The translations under genes were made by a program, and so were the position numbers. Source: a virus (taxonomy: Duplodnaviria > Caudoviricetes). Taken from it: a stretch of DNA of 52,179 bases. Below the pieces are notes generated by a model that saw only the letters and a program-made list of their open reading frames with translations, made no database searches and was not told the DNA's origin. Positions 1-8,993 of the stretch are shown piece after piece; within the stretch, counting starts at the first letter, position 1, and the number at the start of each line of letters is the position of its first letter. The stretch is taken from positions 1 through 52,179 of the IMG/VR virus record IMGVR_UViG_3300037721_000093; one strand, given 5' to 3'.

Positions 1-127
1 TGTAGGAGAAAAAAAGAGCTTGACACCAGATTTCCCTTGCTTTCCTCAAATCCCCTTTCGGAGGTGCGCCCGTGTAGGCGCGCCGCGCCGCCTACGTGTA
101 GGCGTAGGTCGCCTAAATCTTGAGCTG
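1..127. repeat. Terminal direct repeat, copy 1 (probable assembly circularisation overlap)
   Basis: Bases 1-127 identical to 52053-52179; 127 is a common assembler k-mer size. Confidence 0.9.
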
Positions 128-423
128 CATGGGCTGATTTTCCTTGCACCCCTCCCTCATGTATGCATGCAGGTAGGCACTGTAGGTATGTATAGTCTAC
201 TGTACGGGGGTGTAGGAAAGTGTGCAGAAGTGAAAGGAAATGTAGGATGAAGATCTCGCAAGTGCACCCTTGGTAGAACAGGTGCGCGCGGCGCCCATAC
301 TCGCCTCGCAAGTGCGCAATGTCCTACGCGGTAGCTGCGAGGCATACCTTCAGGTTATGCCGCCCTTCGGCCGGGTTATGTGTGGGCGCTTCGGCGCTGA
401 AGTGAGAGCTCAGCGACCTGAGT

Positions 424-733
424 GGCGAGGATGCGGCGAGGAACGAGCGAGGATCAAATGTAAGTCATCCTCGCCCGCTTTCCCTATAGTAAACGCTGGT
501 GTGCGCAGCTAGGCGAGGATGGCGAGGATCAATTCTCTACCTCTCACACAGGAAGAAAGGAAGTATATATAGAGTGTGTGTACGCACGTATATGTGCGCG
601 CGCACGTATAGAGATTAGGTGGGGTTTGATCCTCGCCATCCTCGCCTCGTCTCCAAGTGTGCGCGGGCTCTCACCTATCCAGCGAGGATGCCCCTATCGC
701 CCATCCTCGCCCCATGCTCGCCGCATCCTCGCC
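424..733. repeat. Iteron-like GGCGAGGAT/ATCCTCGCC array, candidate replication origin
   Basis: About a dozen exact or near copies in both orientations; perfect 22-bp inverted repeat 511-532/626-647 flanking an AT-richer core; directly downstream of the primase gene. Confidence 0.7.
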
Positions 734-746
734 GCCTGTAGGCAAG

Positions 747-779
747 AAAAAGGCCCGTCGTCCGAAGAGCGACGGGCCT
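747..779 (-). terminator. Intrinsic terminator after the primase/ATPase gene
   Basis: 10-bp stem AGGCCCGTCG/CGACGGGCCT with an A-run at 747-751 (U-tract on the minus strand). Confidence 0.7.
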
Positions 780-808
780 ACATGCGGCGCGCATGTGAGA
801 GCGCCGCG

Positions 809-3274
809 TTAGATGTGCTCGACCGACCACAGCCAGACGTTCTCTTTACCGGCCCACCGAGTGACAAGCCGAACGTTGGCCCGGATTTGGTCTCTGTATC
901 GGCCGAGCAGCTTACCGACTTCCCGAGCGTCGGGTTTAGGCCGCCCGTTCAGGCGAATGAGCTCATTGAATGACTCACGCAGCGCCAGACTCTCTGACCC
1001 GTGTGAGTCGTAGGCCGATGCGATTAGCGCCTTCGCCGAGCGAGCTCCGGTTCGCGTCAATCCGTCGATAGCCGAGAACAACTGGCCGACCGCCTGCTCA
1101 TGGGGGTCAGGAGCTTCCGTCATGCGGCACGAGCGCACATCGCCCCCAGACGCCCACTGAAGCGCGTTTGCGACGAGCAGGCTCCAAGACTCAAACCCCC
1201 CGAGCGTCGCGCCCACACGGGGCCGCCCAGCGCACACGAACGCCCGCAGCAGCACGAGCCCCGCGCGCACCAGCCGAGCGCGGTTCGCCCGCGCCCAAAC
1301 GTGTAGGTCGCCTAGCCGAAAATCTGTCCGCTCTTCAGGGCGCTCGACCGGCGCGATCAAGCGCCCGACGACTGAGCGACGCATCATGTCGGTCGAGAGA
1401 CCGAGATTATTTCCAGTGGCGCTGACGAGCGCTTGCCAAGGGAGCTCGGGCGACTCGCTCTTGCCGAGCACCCGCAGGGAGACCCGCCCGCGGCTCGAGA
1501 GCACACGTTCGAGCGGCTCGCCGCCGAGCTGCCGACGAGAACTCACGTTGTCGAACGCGATGAGCCGAGAGCCGTCCAGGGCCTTCGCCGCTAGGACCTT
1601 CTCGAGCTCTTCGTCGTTCGCCGGGAAGTTCAACTTAGCGAGCGAGCGGCCGGTAAGGATCAAACCGACGACGTCGAGCACGAGCGTCTTGCCGGTGCCG
1701 GGCGTCGACGCATCGAGCGCGTGAAGTGGCACGTCGTCGAGCGCCGCTCGAGCGAGTCCGGAGAGCAGCAAGCTGATCGGCACGAGGATGTGAGCGGGCT
1801 CAGTCCACGGGAACTCGGCCCATGGTTCGACCAGCTCAGCAATCGCAGCCCGGGCGTCGAACAGGGTCGGCTCTGCAGGAATCGCGTCAATCTCAACGCT
1901 CGACTGCAGGAGCCAGCCGCTCGCATGGTCGTAACCGTTCGTCGAGCAAATCGAGCCGTCGGGCCGCATGAATGGGCAATCGGCAATGCCGCGCAGCGCT
2001 CGGACGTTCGGCCAATCTTTTCGGTCGAGCAAGCCAGCAGCCAAATCTCCGGGCGGATCGATTTCTAGCCAGTTTTCTTGACCTTTTTCGGAGATTTTCT
2101 TGATCCAGAACTTCACTCTGTCGAGCTCGCCGTCGCCGCCCGGGCGCTCCGCGGCGCTGAGCTCGCTGCGCGCGGTATTGACGCCGAGCGGCACGACGCC
2201 AAGCGGTTCGCCATCGCCTGGAAGGCGGCTGACCGGCTGGACTTTGACCAGTGAGCCCGCGCGCTGAAAAATCATCGGGCGACTCGCCGCGAGCGTCTCG
2301 AGCTCGTCGACCCGCCGATCGAGTGGGATGAGCAGCTCAGGATCGGCGGCGATGAAGTCGCCCGGCCGCGGAGTGCCGAGCGCGGCTTTGAGCTTCGAGC
2401 TCGAATCAATCCCGAGGTACTTACTCAGGAGATTGCAGGCGCGGCCAATAGCCTGCTTCGAGCCGACCATGTGGGATCGGAGCTTGGGCCAGCCGAAGAT
2501 TCCGTCTTTCCCTGCACGAATGCCTTCGACGGAAGCAAGCACCTGCTCGAGGCGCTCGTCGACGCCAGCGGCTTCGAAGATTTGCGAGGCGAAGTCAACG
2601 ATCTGGTCTTCGCTCCAGTCCGAGCGGCCCATGATGCCGCCGAGCGCGAGCGCGGACTCATACCGGCCCGAATCTTTCGGCCAGACTTTGGCGACCGCGC
2701 TCAGAACTTCGGAGCGCAACGGGAGGTCAGCTTCGCCTGCCTTTTGCTGGAGCGCGACGAGCCTCTCGAGCGCGTCAATCGGCAGGTCCGCAATGTCGCT
2801 CACCAGGAAGGGACGATCCCAGTCGCCGCGCTCGAGCGCATAGCCGCCGCGCCATTTGACGTCGAGCGCCCCGCCTTCGCAGACCGCAGTCTTGGCTCGC
2901 TGTTTCAGCTGCTCTCTGGCCGGGACGTCGCGAACCGCATACCAGAGATGGCGCCCGCCTTTCGACGAGAGCGTTTCGGGCAGCTGACCGACGGCTTTGA
3001 TCAACTCGGCTTTACCGAATTGCCCATCGAGATCCAGGCAAAGCAACTCGCGCTCAGGGAACGTAGAGCACGGCCCGCACAAGATGGCGACCTGATCCGA
3101 GTCGCGAAAATCTTCGGCCGGGACCGAGAACGTGGGATTGACCTTGCCGAAGCCGCCGACCCTAGGCTTCTTCGTTTCGGGCAGAATCGGCACGATTCGC
3201 AGGCCCGCACGCTCGTATCGGAGCGCGATGGCGGGACCGGTCTCGGGATTCGCTTTCCAGTCACGCGCGGTCAT
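809..3274 (-). CDS. Bifunctional primase-polymerase (Prim-Pol) N-terminus fused to a P-loop ATPase/helicase
   Basis: IVPILPETKKP, LCLDLD, GGRHLWY, DVKWRGGY Prim-Pol motifs; Walker A PGTGKT, Walker B IAFDNV, ATGNN; start taken at MTARDWK. Confidence 0.8.
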   Translation of the reverse strand: MTARDWKANPETGPAIALRYERAGLRIVPILPETKKPRVGGFGKVNPTFSVPAEDFRDSDQVAILCGPCSTFPERELLCLDLDGQFGKAELIKAVGQLPETLSSKGGRHLWYAVRDVPAREQLKQRAKTAVCEGGALDVKWRGGYALERGDWDRPFLVSDIADLPIDALERLVALQQKAGEADLPLRSEVLSAVAKVWPKDSGRYESALALGGIMGRSDWSEDQIVDFASQIFEAAGVDERLEQVLASVEGIRAGKDGIFGWPKLRSHMVGSKQAIGRACNLLSKYLGIDSSSKLKAALGTPRPGDFIAADPELLIPLDRRVDELETLAASRPMIFQRAGSLVKVQPVSRLPGDGEPLGVVPLGVNTARSELSAAERPGGDGELDRVKFWIKKISEKGQENWLEIDPPGDLAAGLLDRKDWPNVRALRGIADCPFMRPDGSICSTNGYDHASGWLLQSSVEIDAIPAEPTLFDARAAIAELVEPWAEFPWTEPAHILVPISLLLSGLARAALDDVPLHALDASTPGTGKTLVLDVVGLILTGRSLAKLNFPANDEELEKVLAAKALDGSRLIAFDNVSSRRQLGGEPLERVLSSRGRVSLRVLGKSESPELPWQALVSATGNNLGLSTDMMRRSVVGRLIAPVERPEERTDFRLGDLHVWARANRARLVRAGLVLLRAFVCAGRPRVGATLGGFESWSLLVANALQWASGGDVRSCRMTEAPDPHEQAVGQLFSAIDGLTRTGARSAKALIASAYDSHGSESLALRESFNELIRLNGRPKPDAREVGKLLGRYRDQIRANVRLVTRWAGKENVWLWSVEHI

Positions 3275-3348
3275 TGGGCGGCGTCCGCCGCTAGCCTGCA
3301 ATGCATTCGCTGCAAGCTAGCACAGATTTTCACGGGCGCCCGATCGCC

Positions 3349-3567
3349 TCAGCGCGAGCGATATTGAATCTCGCGAGGGAAAGCGATGCAGTCGGTTCCG
3401 TTCGACAGATTCGTACAGAGCAGGACTTCAGGCTCGCGAGCTTCTGCGTCCCGTTCAACCGAGCGCACGACGACGCGCCCCCAGGACTTGTGGACTAGGA
3501 TATCGCCTTCCGCGTAGGGAGCAGCCTTCTCGACACCAGACATCAAACCGAAAGTGAGTTGCGACAT
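3349..3567 (-). CDS. Small hypothetical protein, probably leaderless
   Basis: 72-aa ORF; ATG 6 nt after the CATAAT of the repeated promoter element. Confidence 0.6.
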   Translation of the reverse strand: MSQLTFGLMSGVEKAAPYAEGDILVHKSWGRVVVRSVERDAEAREPEVLLCTNLSNGTDCIAFPREIQYRSR

Positions 3568-3573
3568 AGATTT

Positions 3574-3617
3574 ATTATGGATCAGCCGGAGCCGCGCGCA
3601 TTCACCCCTAGGGGTGA
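3574..3617 (-). promoter_or_regulatory. Operator/promoter element copy 1 (TCACCCCTAGGGGTGA-N22-CATAAT)
   Basis: Perfect 16-bp palindrome at 3602-3617; same layout at 47715, 48844 and 50483. Confidence 0.75.
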
Positions 3618-3701
3618 TATGTTCCTGGGCGCTGATGTAGGCGTGCTAGGGCAAAGATTTTCGCGGCGGCGAGTTGCGCGGGCGGAAAGCGCGGCGCATG
3701 A

Positions 3702-3730
3702 TTGACGCTGCCACTGCATACGGATATTCA
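3702..3730 (+). promoter_or_regulatory. Sigma70-like promoter of the early rightward operon
   Basis: TTGACG-N17-TATTCA upstream of the first rightward gene. Confidence 0.5.
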
Positions 3731-3780
3731 GATCCGCACGGGGTGCAGCGCGGCGGGTCGTCTTTTTGAAAGCAGGGAAA

Positions 3781-4125
3781 ATGACGAAAAAGCAATCAAA
3801 GAAGAACGCCGCCCCGCCGAAGCGCGGGCGCGGCCGGCCGAGCAAAATCCAACAGGCCCAAGAGAAATTGCAGTGCGACCTAGTCGACGCGATCGATTTC
3901 ATCCGCGACAGCAGCAAAACCGATGCGGCCGCCGCAGAATGGCTGAATTTCAAAGGCTACAAGACGTATGCCGAAGTGTACGCCGCCGAAGAAGCCGAGC
4001 GCACCGCGAAGCGTGAGCAGCTTCAGCGCGAGATCGATGAGCGTCTCTGCGAACTGTCGAGCCTGGAATGTGATTCGCTCAACGCAGTTCCGGATTCCGT
4101 TCGCCCCGGGGCCGAAGAGCTATGA
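3781..4125 (+). CDS. Hypothetical protein with an AT-hook-like motif
   Basis: PKRGRGRPSK; ATGA-coupled to the next gene. Confidence 0.6.
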   Translation: MTKKQSKKNAAPPKRGRGRPSKIQQAQEKLQCDLVDAIDFIRDSSKTDAAAAEWLNFKGYKTYAEVYAAEEAERTAKREQLQREIDERLCELSSLECDSLNAVPDSVRPGAEEL

Positions 4126-5852
4126 TCCCCCTCGATTCCTATCCGGCCGAATCGTGGCGCCCGAACCAACGTGACGGCGCCGAGCTGATTTGCGCTGTCG
4201 CTGGCAACCAAGGCGACCCGGTCCGGGTAGGAATCGACGCGCCTTGCGGCTCGGGCAAGTCCCTCATGGCGCTGCGCGCAGCGTTCAGCGGGCACTGTCC
4301 GCCGATGAATTTGCTCAGCACGACGCGCGCACACCTGAAGCAATATGAGCTGACTCTGGTCGAGCATTATCCGCAGTATCAGGATCAGCCCGGGGGCTGG
4401 GCAATCTTGCGCGGCCGCTCATTCTATTCGTGCTGTGGGAGCGCTGAGGCGCGCAAGCGCGCGCGACCTGCGGCCGTGCCAGCGACCTTCGCCGACGATA
4501 GCGATCCCAGCGAAGAGTGGACCGGCTCGCGCCGATGCCAGCGCGGCGACGGCTGTTACTATCGGCAAGCCATCTTGCGTGCTGGCCGCGCCGCGGTCGT
4601 GTTGCAGTGCACGATCGGATTCCTCTATCGGCGCCTGTATTGGAATCAAATCAGCGAACCCGGGCCGGACGCGCCGCAAGGCGCCGCGCAGCTCGATGCA
4701 GCGCGGCGCGCGACCGTCAACCGGGCCATGTGCATCCTAGATGAGGCGCACGAATATTTGCGCGTTCGAAGGGAATTTGAGACGACCCGCCTAGCATTCT
4801 GGCCGGAACTCTGCACGAAAGACTTCCAGGAGCGGGTCAGCAAAGCTCGCACGAAAGGGAACTATCGGTGCAGTTATGTGCTGCTCGAGCCTGATACCGA
4901 GCTGCGTCATCGGTGTGAGGCTGAGATCATTCGGCTGCTGTTGCCGGAGCAGCTCGAGAAGCTCAAACCACATCGCAAGCTGACCGAGAGCGAGTGGAGC
5001 GAGCTCCGGGAGAAATTCGCGCTGAAGTTGCGCGACCGGCTCGCGCTCTTCGCCCCGCCGCCCGCCGACGCGGACTATCCTCCCGCCGCTCTCTCACTCC
5101 AGTTCAACGAGAGCGCGCGCGGTCCGACGTGTGAGCTCGTCGCGGAGCCGCTCTTTGCTCGAGTGAAAGAGCCGCTCGCTGAGCGCGCGGAGGTCTTCAT
5201 GAGCGCGACGTTAGAATGCGTCTCGCGCATGCTGAAGATCGCGCCCGGATGTGTCCGGCGATATCCAGAAATCTTCGATTGGGGCTCTGCGGTGACCGTC
5301 AACCCCCTGAACGACCCGAACCCTGAGTCGCGGTCGAATGCGCCGCTCGGCGCCGAGCAGCTCGAAGCGCTCTTCAAGGTGCCGGGACGGCCGCTGACGC
5401 TCGTGCTTTACATGGCGAAGGCACACGCGAATGCAGCCGTCAAAGGCTGGGGCATGCGCGCAGGGCCGGCGCTGATGATCCAAAGCGAGAAGAGCGAGCT
5501 CGGCGACCTGATCGAAGCGGCGCGCGCATGGGACCCGTTGGAAGAAGGCCCGGCGCCGATGTTGATTTCCTATGGCGGATGGGTCGGCACGGATTTGCCC
5601 GGCGAGAAGTGGCTCGTGCTCGGGAGCGCGCCGAAGTCGCCGATCTCGCCGCACCATGAGGCCCGGCAAATGCGAGGGCGCGGCAATGCCTGGAACGACG
5701 GCGAGAAAATGTCCCTCGATCGAACGCAGCTCGCCCAGGGACTCGGCCGCGCGTTGCGGTCAGAGTCGGATATCGCCACACTCATTTGGATTGACTCGCA
5801 GGCATTTCGTGATCTCGGCCTTGACCGCCATACCGGGCGCATTCAAGATTAA
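4122..5852 (+). CDS. DinG/XPD-like SF2 helicase
   Basis: APCGSGKS, Cys cluster, LDEAH, MSATL, GTDLPG, QGLGRALRSESD. Confidence 0.8.
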   Translation: MIPLDSYPAESWRPNQRDGAELICAVAGNQGDPVRVGIDAPCGSGKSLMALRAAFSGHCPPMNLLSTTRAHLKQYELTLVEHYPQYQDQPGGWAILRGRSFYSCCGSAEARKRARPAAVPATFADDSDPSEEWTGSRRCQRGDGCYYRQAILRAGRAAVVLQCTIGFLYRRLYWNQISEPGPDAPQGAAQLDAARRATVNRAMCILDEAHEYLRVRREFETTRLAFWPELCTKDFQERVSKARTKGNYRCSYVLLEPDTELRHRCEAEIIRLLLPEQLEKLKPHRKLTESEWSELREKFALKLRDRLALFAPPPADADYPPAALSLQFNESARGPTCELVAEPLFARVKEPLAERAEVFMSATLECVSRMLKIAPGCVRRYPEIFDWGSAVTVNPLNDPNPESRSNAPLGAEQLEALFKVPGRPLTLVLYMAKAHANAAVKGWGMRAGPALMIQSEKSELGDLIEAARAWDPLEEGPAPMLISYGGWVGTDLPGEKWLVLGSAPKSPISPHHEARQMRGRGNAWNDGEKMSLDRTQLAQGLGRALRSESDIATLIWIDSQAFRDLGLDRHTGRIQD

Positions 5853-5889
5853 TTGACGTAGCGAAACGCCACGGTGCAGGGAGAAAATC

Positions 5890-6123
5890 ATGTCAGACAA
5901 TCGACCACATGGGAACGCGCGCTCGCCGTATGTGCGCCGCGATTCCGCGCAAATCCGCATCGGCGAAATTGACCGAGATATCGAGCAGATGATCGATATC
6001 AAGAGAAAGCTGATGGCGCGGCTGCGGCAGCTCGACGTGGAGTGCGAGCAGGCTGAAACGCAGCGCAGCGAAGCGCCCGAAGCGGCTCCGAATCGGGAGG
6101 TCAATCATGTCGGAGAAATCTGA
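5890..6123 (+). CDS. Small coiled-coil hypothetical protein
   Basis: GGAG SD; fills the operon gap. Confidence 0.55.
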   Translation: MSDNRPHGNARSPYVRRDSAQIRIGEIDRDIEQMIDIKRKLMARLRQLDVECEQAETQRSEAPEAAPNREVNHVGEI

Positions 6124-6568
6124 TCCGAGGTTCGGCAGGCCCGGCGCATACGTCTCAGTTCTGACCCATCGACCCTATGAAGTGCGGCGCGCCCGCGTCG
6201 GCGATGATTTGACGGTTCACACAATCGAAGTGCGCGCGGCAGGCAAGACGCATATGTTTGGCGGCTTTGATGCCGGCTCAGTACCGCTCGTCGTCCGCAG
6301 CCAGTCTGAAGCCGATCAAGCCTTCGGAAAAGGCGCGATCGCTTTTCCGGCCGCTCTCGCAGACGTCGCCATCCGCCCGCACCCGATCGTCAAGCTGGCC
6401 GCGTCGCTCGTCGGCGACGCGATGACCGAAGCCGAGCTCGATGCGCGGCGAGAGCTCCGATACTTGGCGCGACGCTGGCAAACGAAGCTGCGCCCGCCGC
6501 TGCTCGTCGCGGCCGACCTGCGGACGAAGGGAATACTCTGGCGGATGAAAGGAATCGGAGCATGCTGA
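6107..6568 (+). CDS. Hypothetical protein; N-terminal motifs resemble tail-sheath N-termini
   Basis: GGAGG SD; RPGAYV and PLVVRSQSEADQAFGKG. Confidence 0.55.
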   Translation: MSEKSDPRFGRPGAYVSVLTHRPYEVRRARVGDDLTVHTIEVRAAGKTHMFGGFDAGSVPLVVRSQSEADQAFGKGAIAFPAALADVAIRPHPIVKLAASLVGDAMTEAELDARRELRYLARRWQTKLRPPLLVAADLRTKGILWRMKGIGAC

Positions 6569-6753
6569 ACCGCATTCTCGATCTGCTCGCTCTGGTTATA
6601 GCCGGACTTGTTTTTGCGGCCACGGCTGTCGGGTTTTTCCTGATGACGGTCGAACTTATCGGGCTCAGCGATACGATCTGCGCCTACAGCCTTTTGGCCG
6701 CTCTCGTTTTCTCCGTTTGGCGCGTTACGCGGGAGGGTTTCATGCAATGCTGA
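6562..6753 (+). CDS. Small two-TM membrane protein
   Basis: Two hydrophobic stretches; GGAG SD. Confidence 0.6.
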   Translation: MLNRILDLLALVIAGLVFAATAVGFFLMTVELIGLSDTICAYSLLAALVFSVWRVTREGFMQC

Positions 6754-7352
6754 TCGGAATTGACCTCGAAACGACCGGGCTCGACGAGTGCCAGGACGAC
6801 ATTCTCGAAATCGCCGTCGTCGCGATCGAGACGCCCGCCTTCAAGATCGTCGACTCCTATTCGACGGCCGTTTGCCCGTCCCTGTTCGGCATGAATCGGC
6901 TCCGCGCGAACGATTTCGTGATGAAGATGCACGGCAGCTCTGGCCTGCTCGCGCTGATCGAGGCGAATGTCTTGCGGGAGAAGATTCCCGACGGCGAGAA
7001 GTTGAAGCCGAGAAGCGAGCGCTTGCCGTTCGTCGACGAAGCGATGGCCGAAGCGACCGCGTTCATTTTGAAGCACCTGGGGCCGGAAGGAAAGAGCCCA
7101 ATGTTCGGCTGCAATCCGCGATTCGACAGGGCGTTCCTGAACGTGCATATGAACGCACTCGAGCGGAAGTTCCACTATCGCGATCTGGACGTCAATTCGC
7201 TTTGGCTCTTGCGCGAGTACATGACGGGCGCCGACCCGACGCGGTCGAAGGCCGGCACAGCACACCGCGCACTCGCCGACTGCGAACAGGCGGTCGCGAA
7301 TGTGCATCAGCACTTTGAGTGGGTCTCAGAGTTACTTCGAGCGATGGCATGA
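6747..7352 (+). CDS. Oligoribonuclease-like DEDDh 3'-5' exonuclease
   Basis: IDLETTGLD..DDILEIA, MHGSSGLL, FDRAFL, FHYRDLDVNSL, HRALADC match the Orn family pattern. Confidence 0.85.
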   Translation: MLIGIDLETTGLDECQDDILEIAVVAIETPAFKIVDSYSTAVCPSLFGMNRLRANDFVMKMHGSSGLLALIEANVLREKIPDGEKLKPRSERLPFVDEAMAEATAFILKHLGPEGKSPMFGCNPRFDRAFLNVHMNALERKFHYRDLDVNSLWLLREYMTGADPTRSKAGTAHRALADCEQAVANVHQHFEWVSELLRAMA

Positions 7353-7795
7353 AAGAAATTCAATTGACGCAAGGCTTCGTCGCTCTAGTCGATGACTCTG
7401 ATTATGCCTGGGCTTCTCAGTTTTGCTGGCACGCGGCGGTGCGCGGCACCCAAGTCTATGCAGGCCGCAACGGTGGCTTTTTGATGCATCGAGAGCTGTT
7501 GCCGGGCGCTAAGATCGTTGATCACGTCAACGGTAACACGCTCGACAATCGACGTGAAAACCTTCGCTCCGCAACGCGGAGCCAGAACGCCGCGAATTCC
7601 CGACATTGGCTCGGGAAGCCGACGCGCGGGATTCGAGAATTGCCGTCGGGTCGTTTTGGTGCATACATTACGATACAAGGTCGGCAGAAACATCTCGGCG
7701 TTTTTGATTCAAAAGAGCAGGCCGCAGAGGCGCGCGACGCTGCCGCAAAAGCCGCGTTCGGCGAATTTGCGCGTCTCAACTCGGAGGCGCGATGA
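7349..7795 (+). CDS. HNH endonuclease with AP2 domain
   Basis: IQLTQG..ALVDD, MHR, VDHVNGNTLDNRRENLR, HLGVF..EQAAEARD..FGEFA. Confidence 0.9.
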   Translation: MKEIQLTQGFVALVDDSDYAWASQFCWHAAVRGTQVYAGRNGGFLMHRELLPGAKIVDHVNGNTLDNRRENLRSATRSQNAANSRHWLGKPTRGIRELPSGRFGAYITIQGRQKHLGVFDSKEQAAEARDAAAKAAFGEFARLNSEAR

Positions 7796-8004
7796 CCTGG
7801 CGTCCAGCGCTCCGATTCCTGGTTGAACTCGCCGTCGATCTCGTGCGCGGCAAGCTCGAGCGGCGCGATCCGCCCGCCGCGCCACCTGCCGCGTGGCGAT
7901 ATCTGGACTCTGAGCGCGCAGCCAAGGCGAGTCGATGCGCCGGACATGAAGACGAGCCGCAGTGCTTCCCTGCGAAGCCGCCGAAATCCTCGGACGAAAC
8001 GTGA
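7792..8004 (+). CDS. Hypothetical protein
   Basis: Stop/start overlaps on both sides. Confidence 0.5.
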   Translation: MTWRPALRFLVELAVDLVRGKLERRDPPAAPPAAWRYLDSERAAKASRCAGHEDEPQCFPAKPPKSSDET

Positions 8005-8975
8005 CTTCACTTGAGCAAATCTGGGGCCTCGTTGATCCGCTCTCCGATGACGCGGACGACGAAGACCGCGCCGCCCGAGCTCAGTTAAAAGGCAAGTTCG
8101 CACGCCGCATGAGCGCGAGCCAGATCGAAGAGTTCCTCAGATGCCCGCGTAAGTGGGCGCTTCATCGGCTCGCTGGCGTTCCGCGCATCAAAGGCGAGGC
8201 GCTGCGCTTCGGCATCGCGCTTCACCTTTCCCTCAAGTGGTATCTCGAAGACCGCCTGACCTGGCAAAAGAAGGTCCGACCGAATTCGCGCATCGGACGA
8301 TTGACGGTCGCGATGGCTCGATGCGTCCCGATCAAGCCGGGCGATCAGGTGACGATCGAAGGCGAGTGGCTGTTGAGCGTCGACGAGCTCGAGACCGACA
8401 TTTACATTAAGCCCGACCTCATGATCTCGCGCGGCTCGCTGACCTTCATTGATGACTGGAAGTCGACGAGTGCGCCGAATGCGCGCCATCCTTGGGCATT
8501 GCAGGGGCTCAAGCTTTGGGAAATCAGCGAAGATGAAGCCGACCGCGGCGAGCATGTGAAGAAGCTTCCAGCAGGCGCGCGGACGCTCTGGCATAACGTG
8601 CAGGCCCGGCTATACTCGCATGGCGCCGTGAAGCTCTTCGGCGCACCGAGCACAACCCAACAGTGGGTCTACGGCAACAAGAAATCAGCCGACGGCGCCG
8701 CGAATCCGAAGGTGTGGTCGGTCATCGAAACGTTCGAAGCGAGCTCTACAGCCGCCTGGATCGAGCAGTATGTTTTCCCGGTCGTGCGGCTGATGAATCG
8801 TTTGAGGGCCGCTTGGGAGGCGGGCGATATTGACTCGCCGCTGCTCATCCCACACCGCGGCGAAGGGTGCGAGTTCGTCGGCAAATTTTGCGACGCTCTT
8901 GGGCCTTGTGGGTTGAAGAAGAGCCCGATTGACGCGGAAGATTTTCGGCGATTTTTGCCGATGGTACAGCAATGA
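8001..8975 (+). CDS. Cas4-like PD-(D/E)XK exonuclease
   Basis: SASQI..FLRCPRKW, FGIALH, PDL, DDWKS, Q.RLY and a C-terminal Cys triad; GTG start inferred from GTGA overlap. Confidence 0.8.
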   Translation: MTSLEQIWGLVDPLSDDADDEDRAARAQLKGKFARRMSASQIEEFLRCPRKWALHRLAGVPRIKGEALRFGIALHLSLKWYLEDRLTWQKKVRPNSRIGRLTVAMARCVPIKPGDQVTIEGEWLLSVDELETDIYIKPDLMISRGSLTFIDDWKSTSAPNARHPWALQGLKLWEISEDEADRGEHVKKLPAGARTLWHNVQARLYSHGAVKLFGAPSTTQQWVYGNKKSADGAANPKVWSVIETFEASSTAAWIEQYVFPVVRLMNRLRAAWEAGDIDSPLLIPHRGEGCEFVGKFCDALGPCGLKKSPIDAEDFRRFLPMVQQ

Positions 8976-8993
8976 AGCAGGGAGTTAATCATC

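Noticed and set aside
1-127. Biological terminal repeat
   Set aside because: The length equals a standard assembler k-mer, so a circular overlap is the simpler explanation without read data
424-733. CRISPR array
   Set aside because: Units are 9 bp, in both orientations and irregularly spaced; no repeat-spacer periodicity seen anywhere
20-973. ORFs in the origin region (e.g. 578-973)
   Set aside because: They are translations of repeats, without SD or typical codon usage
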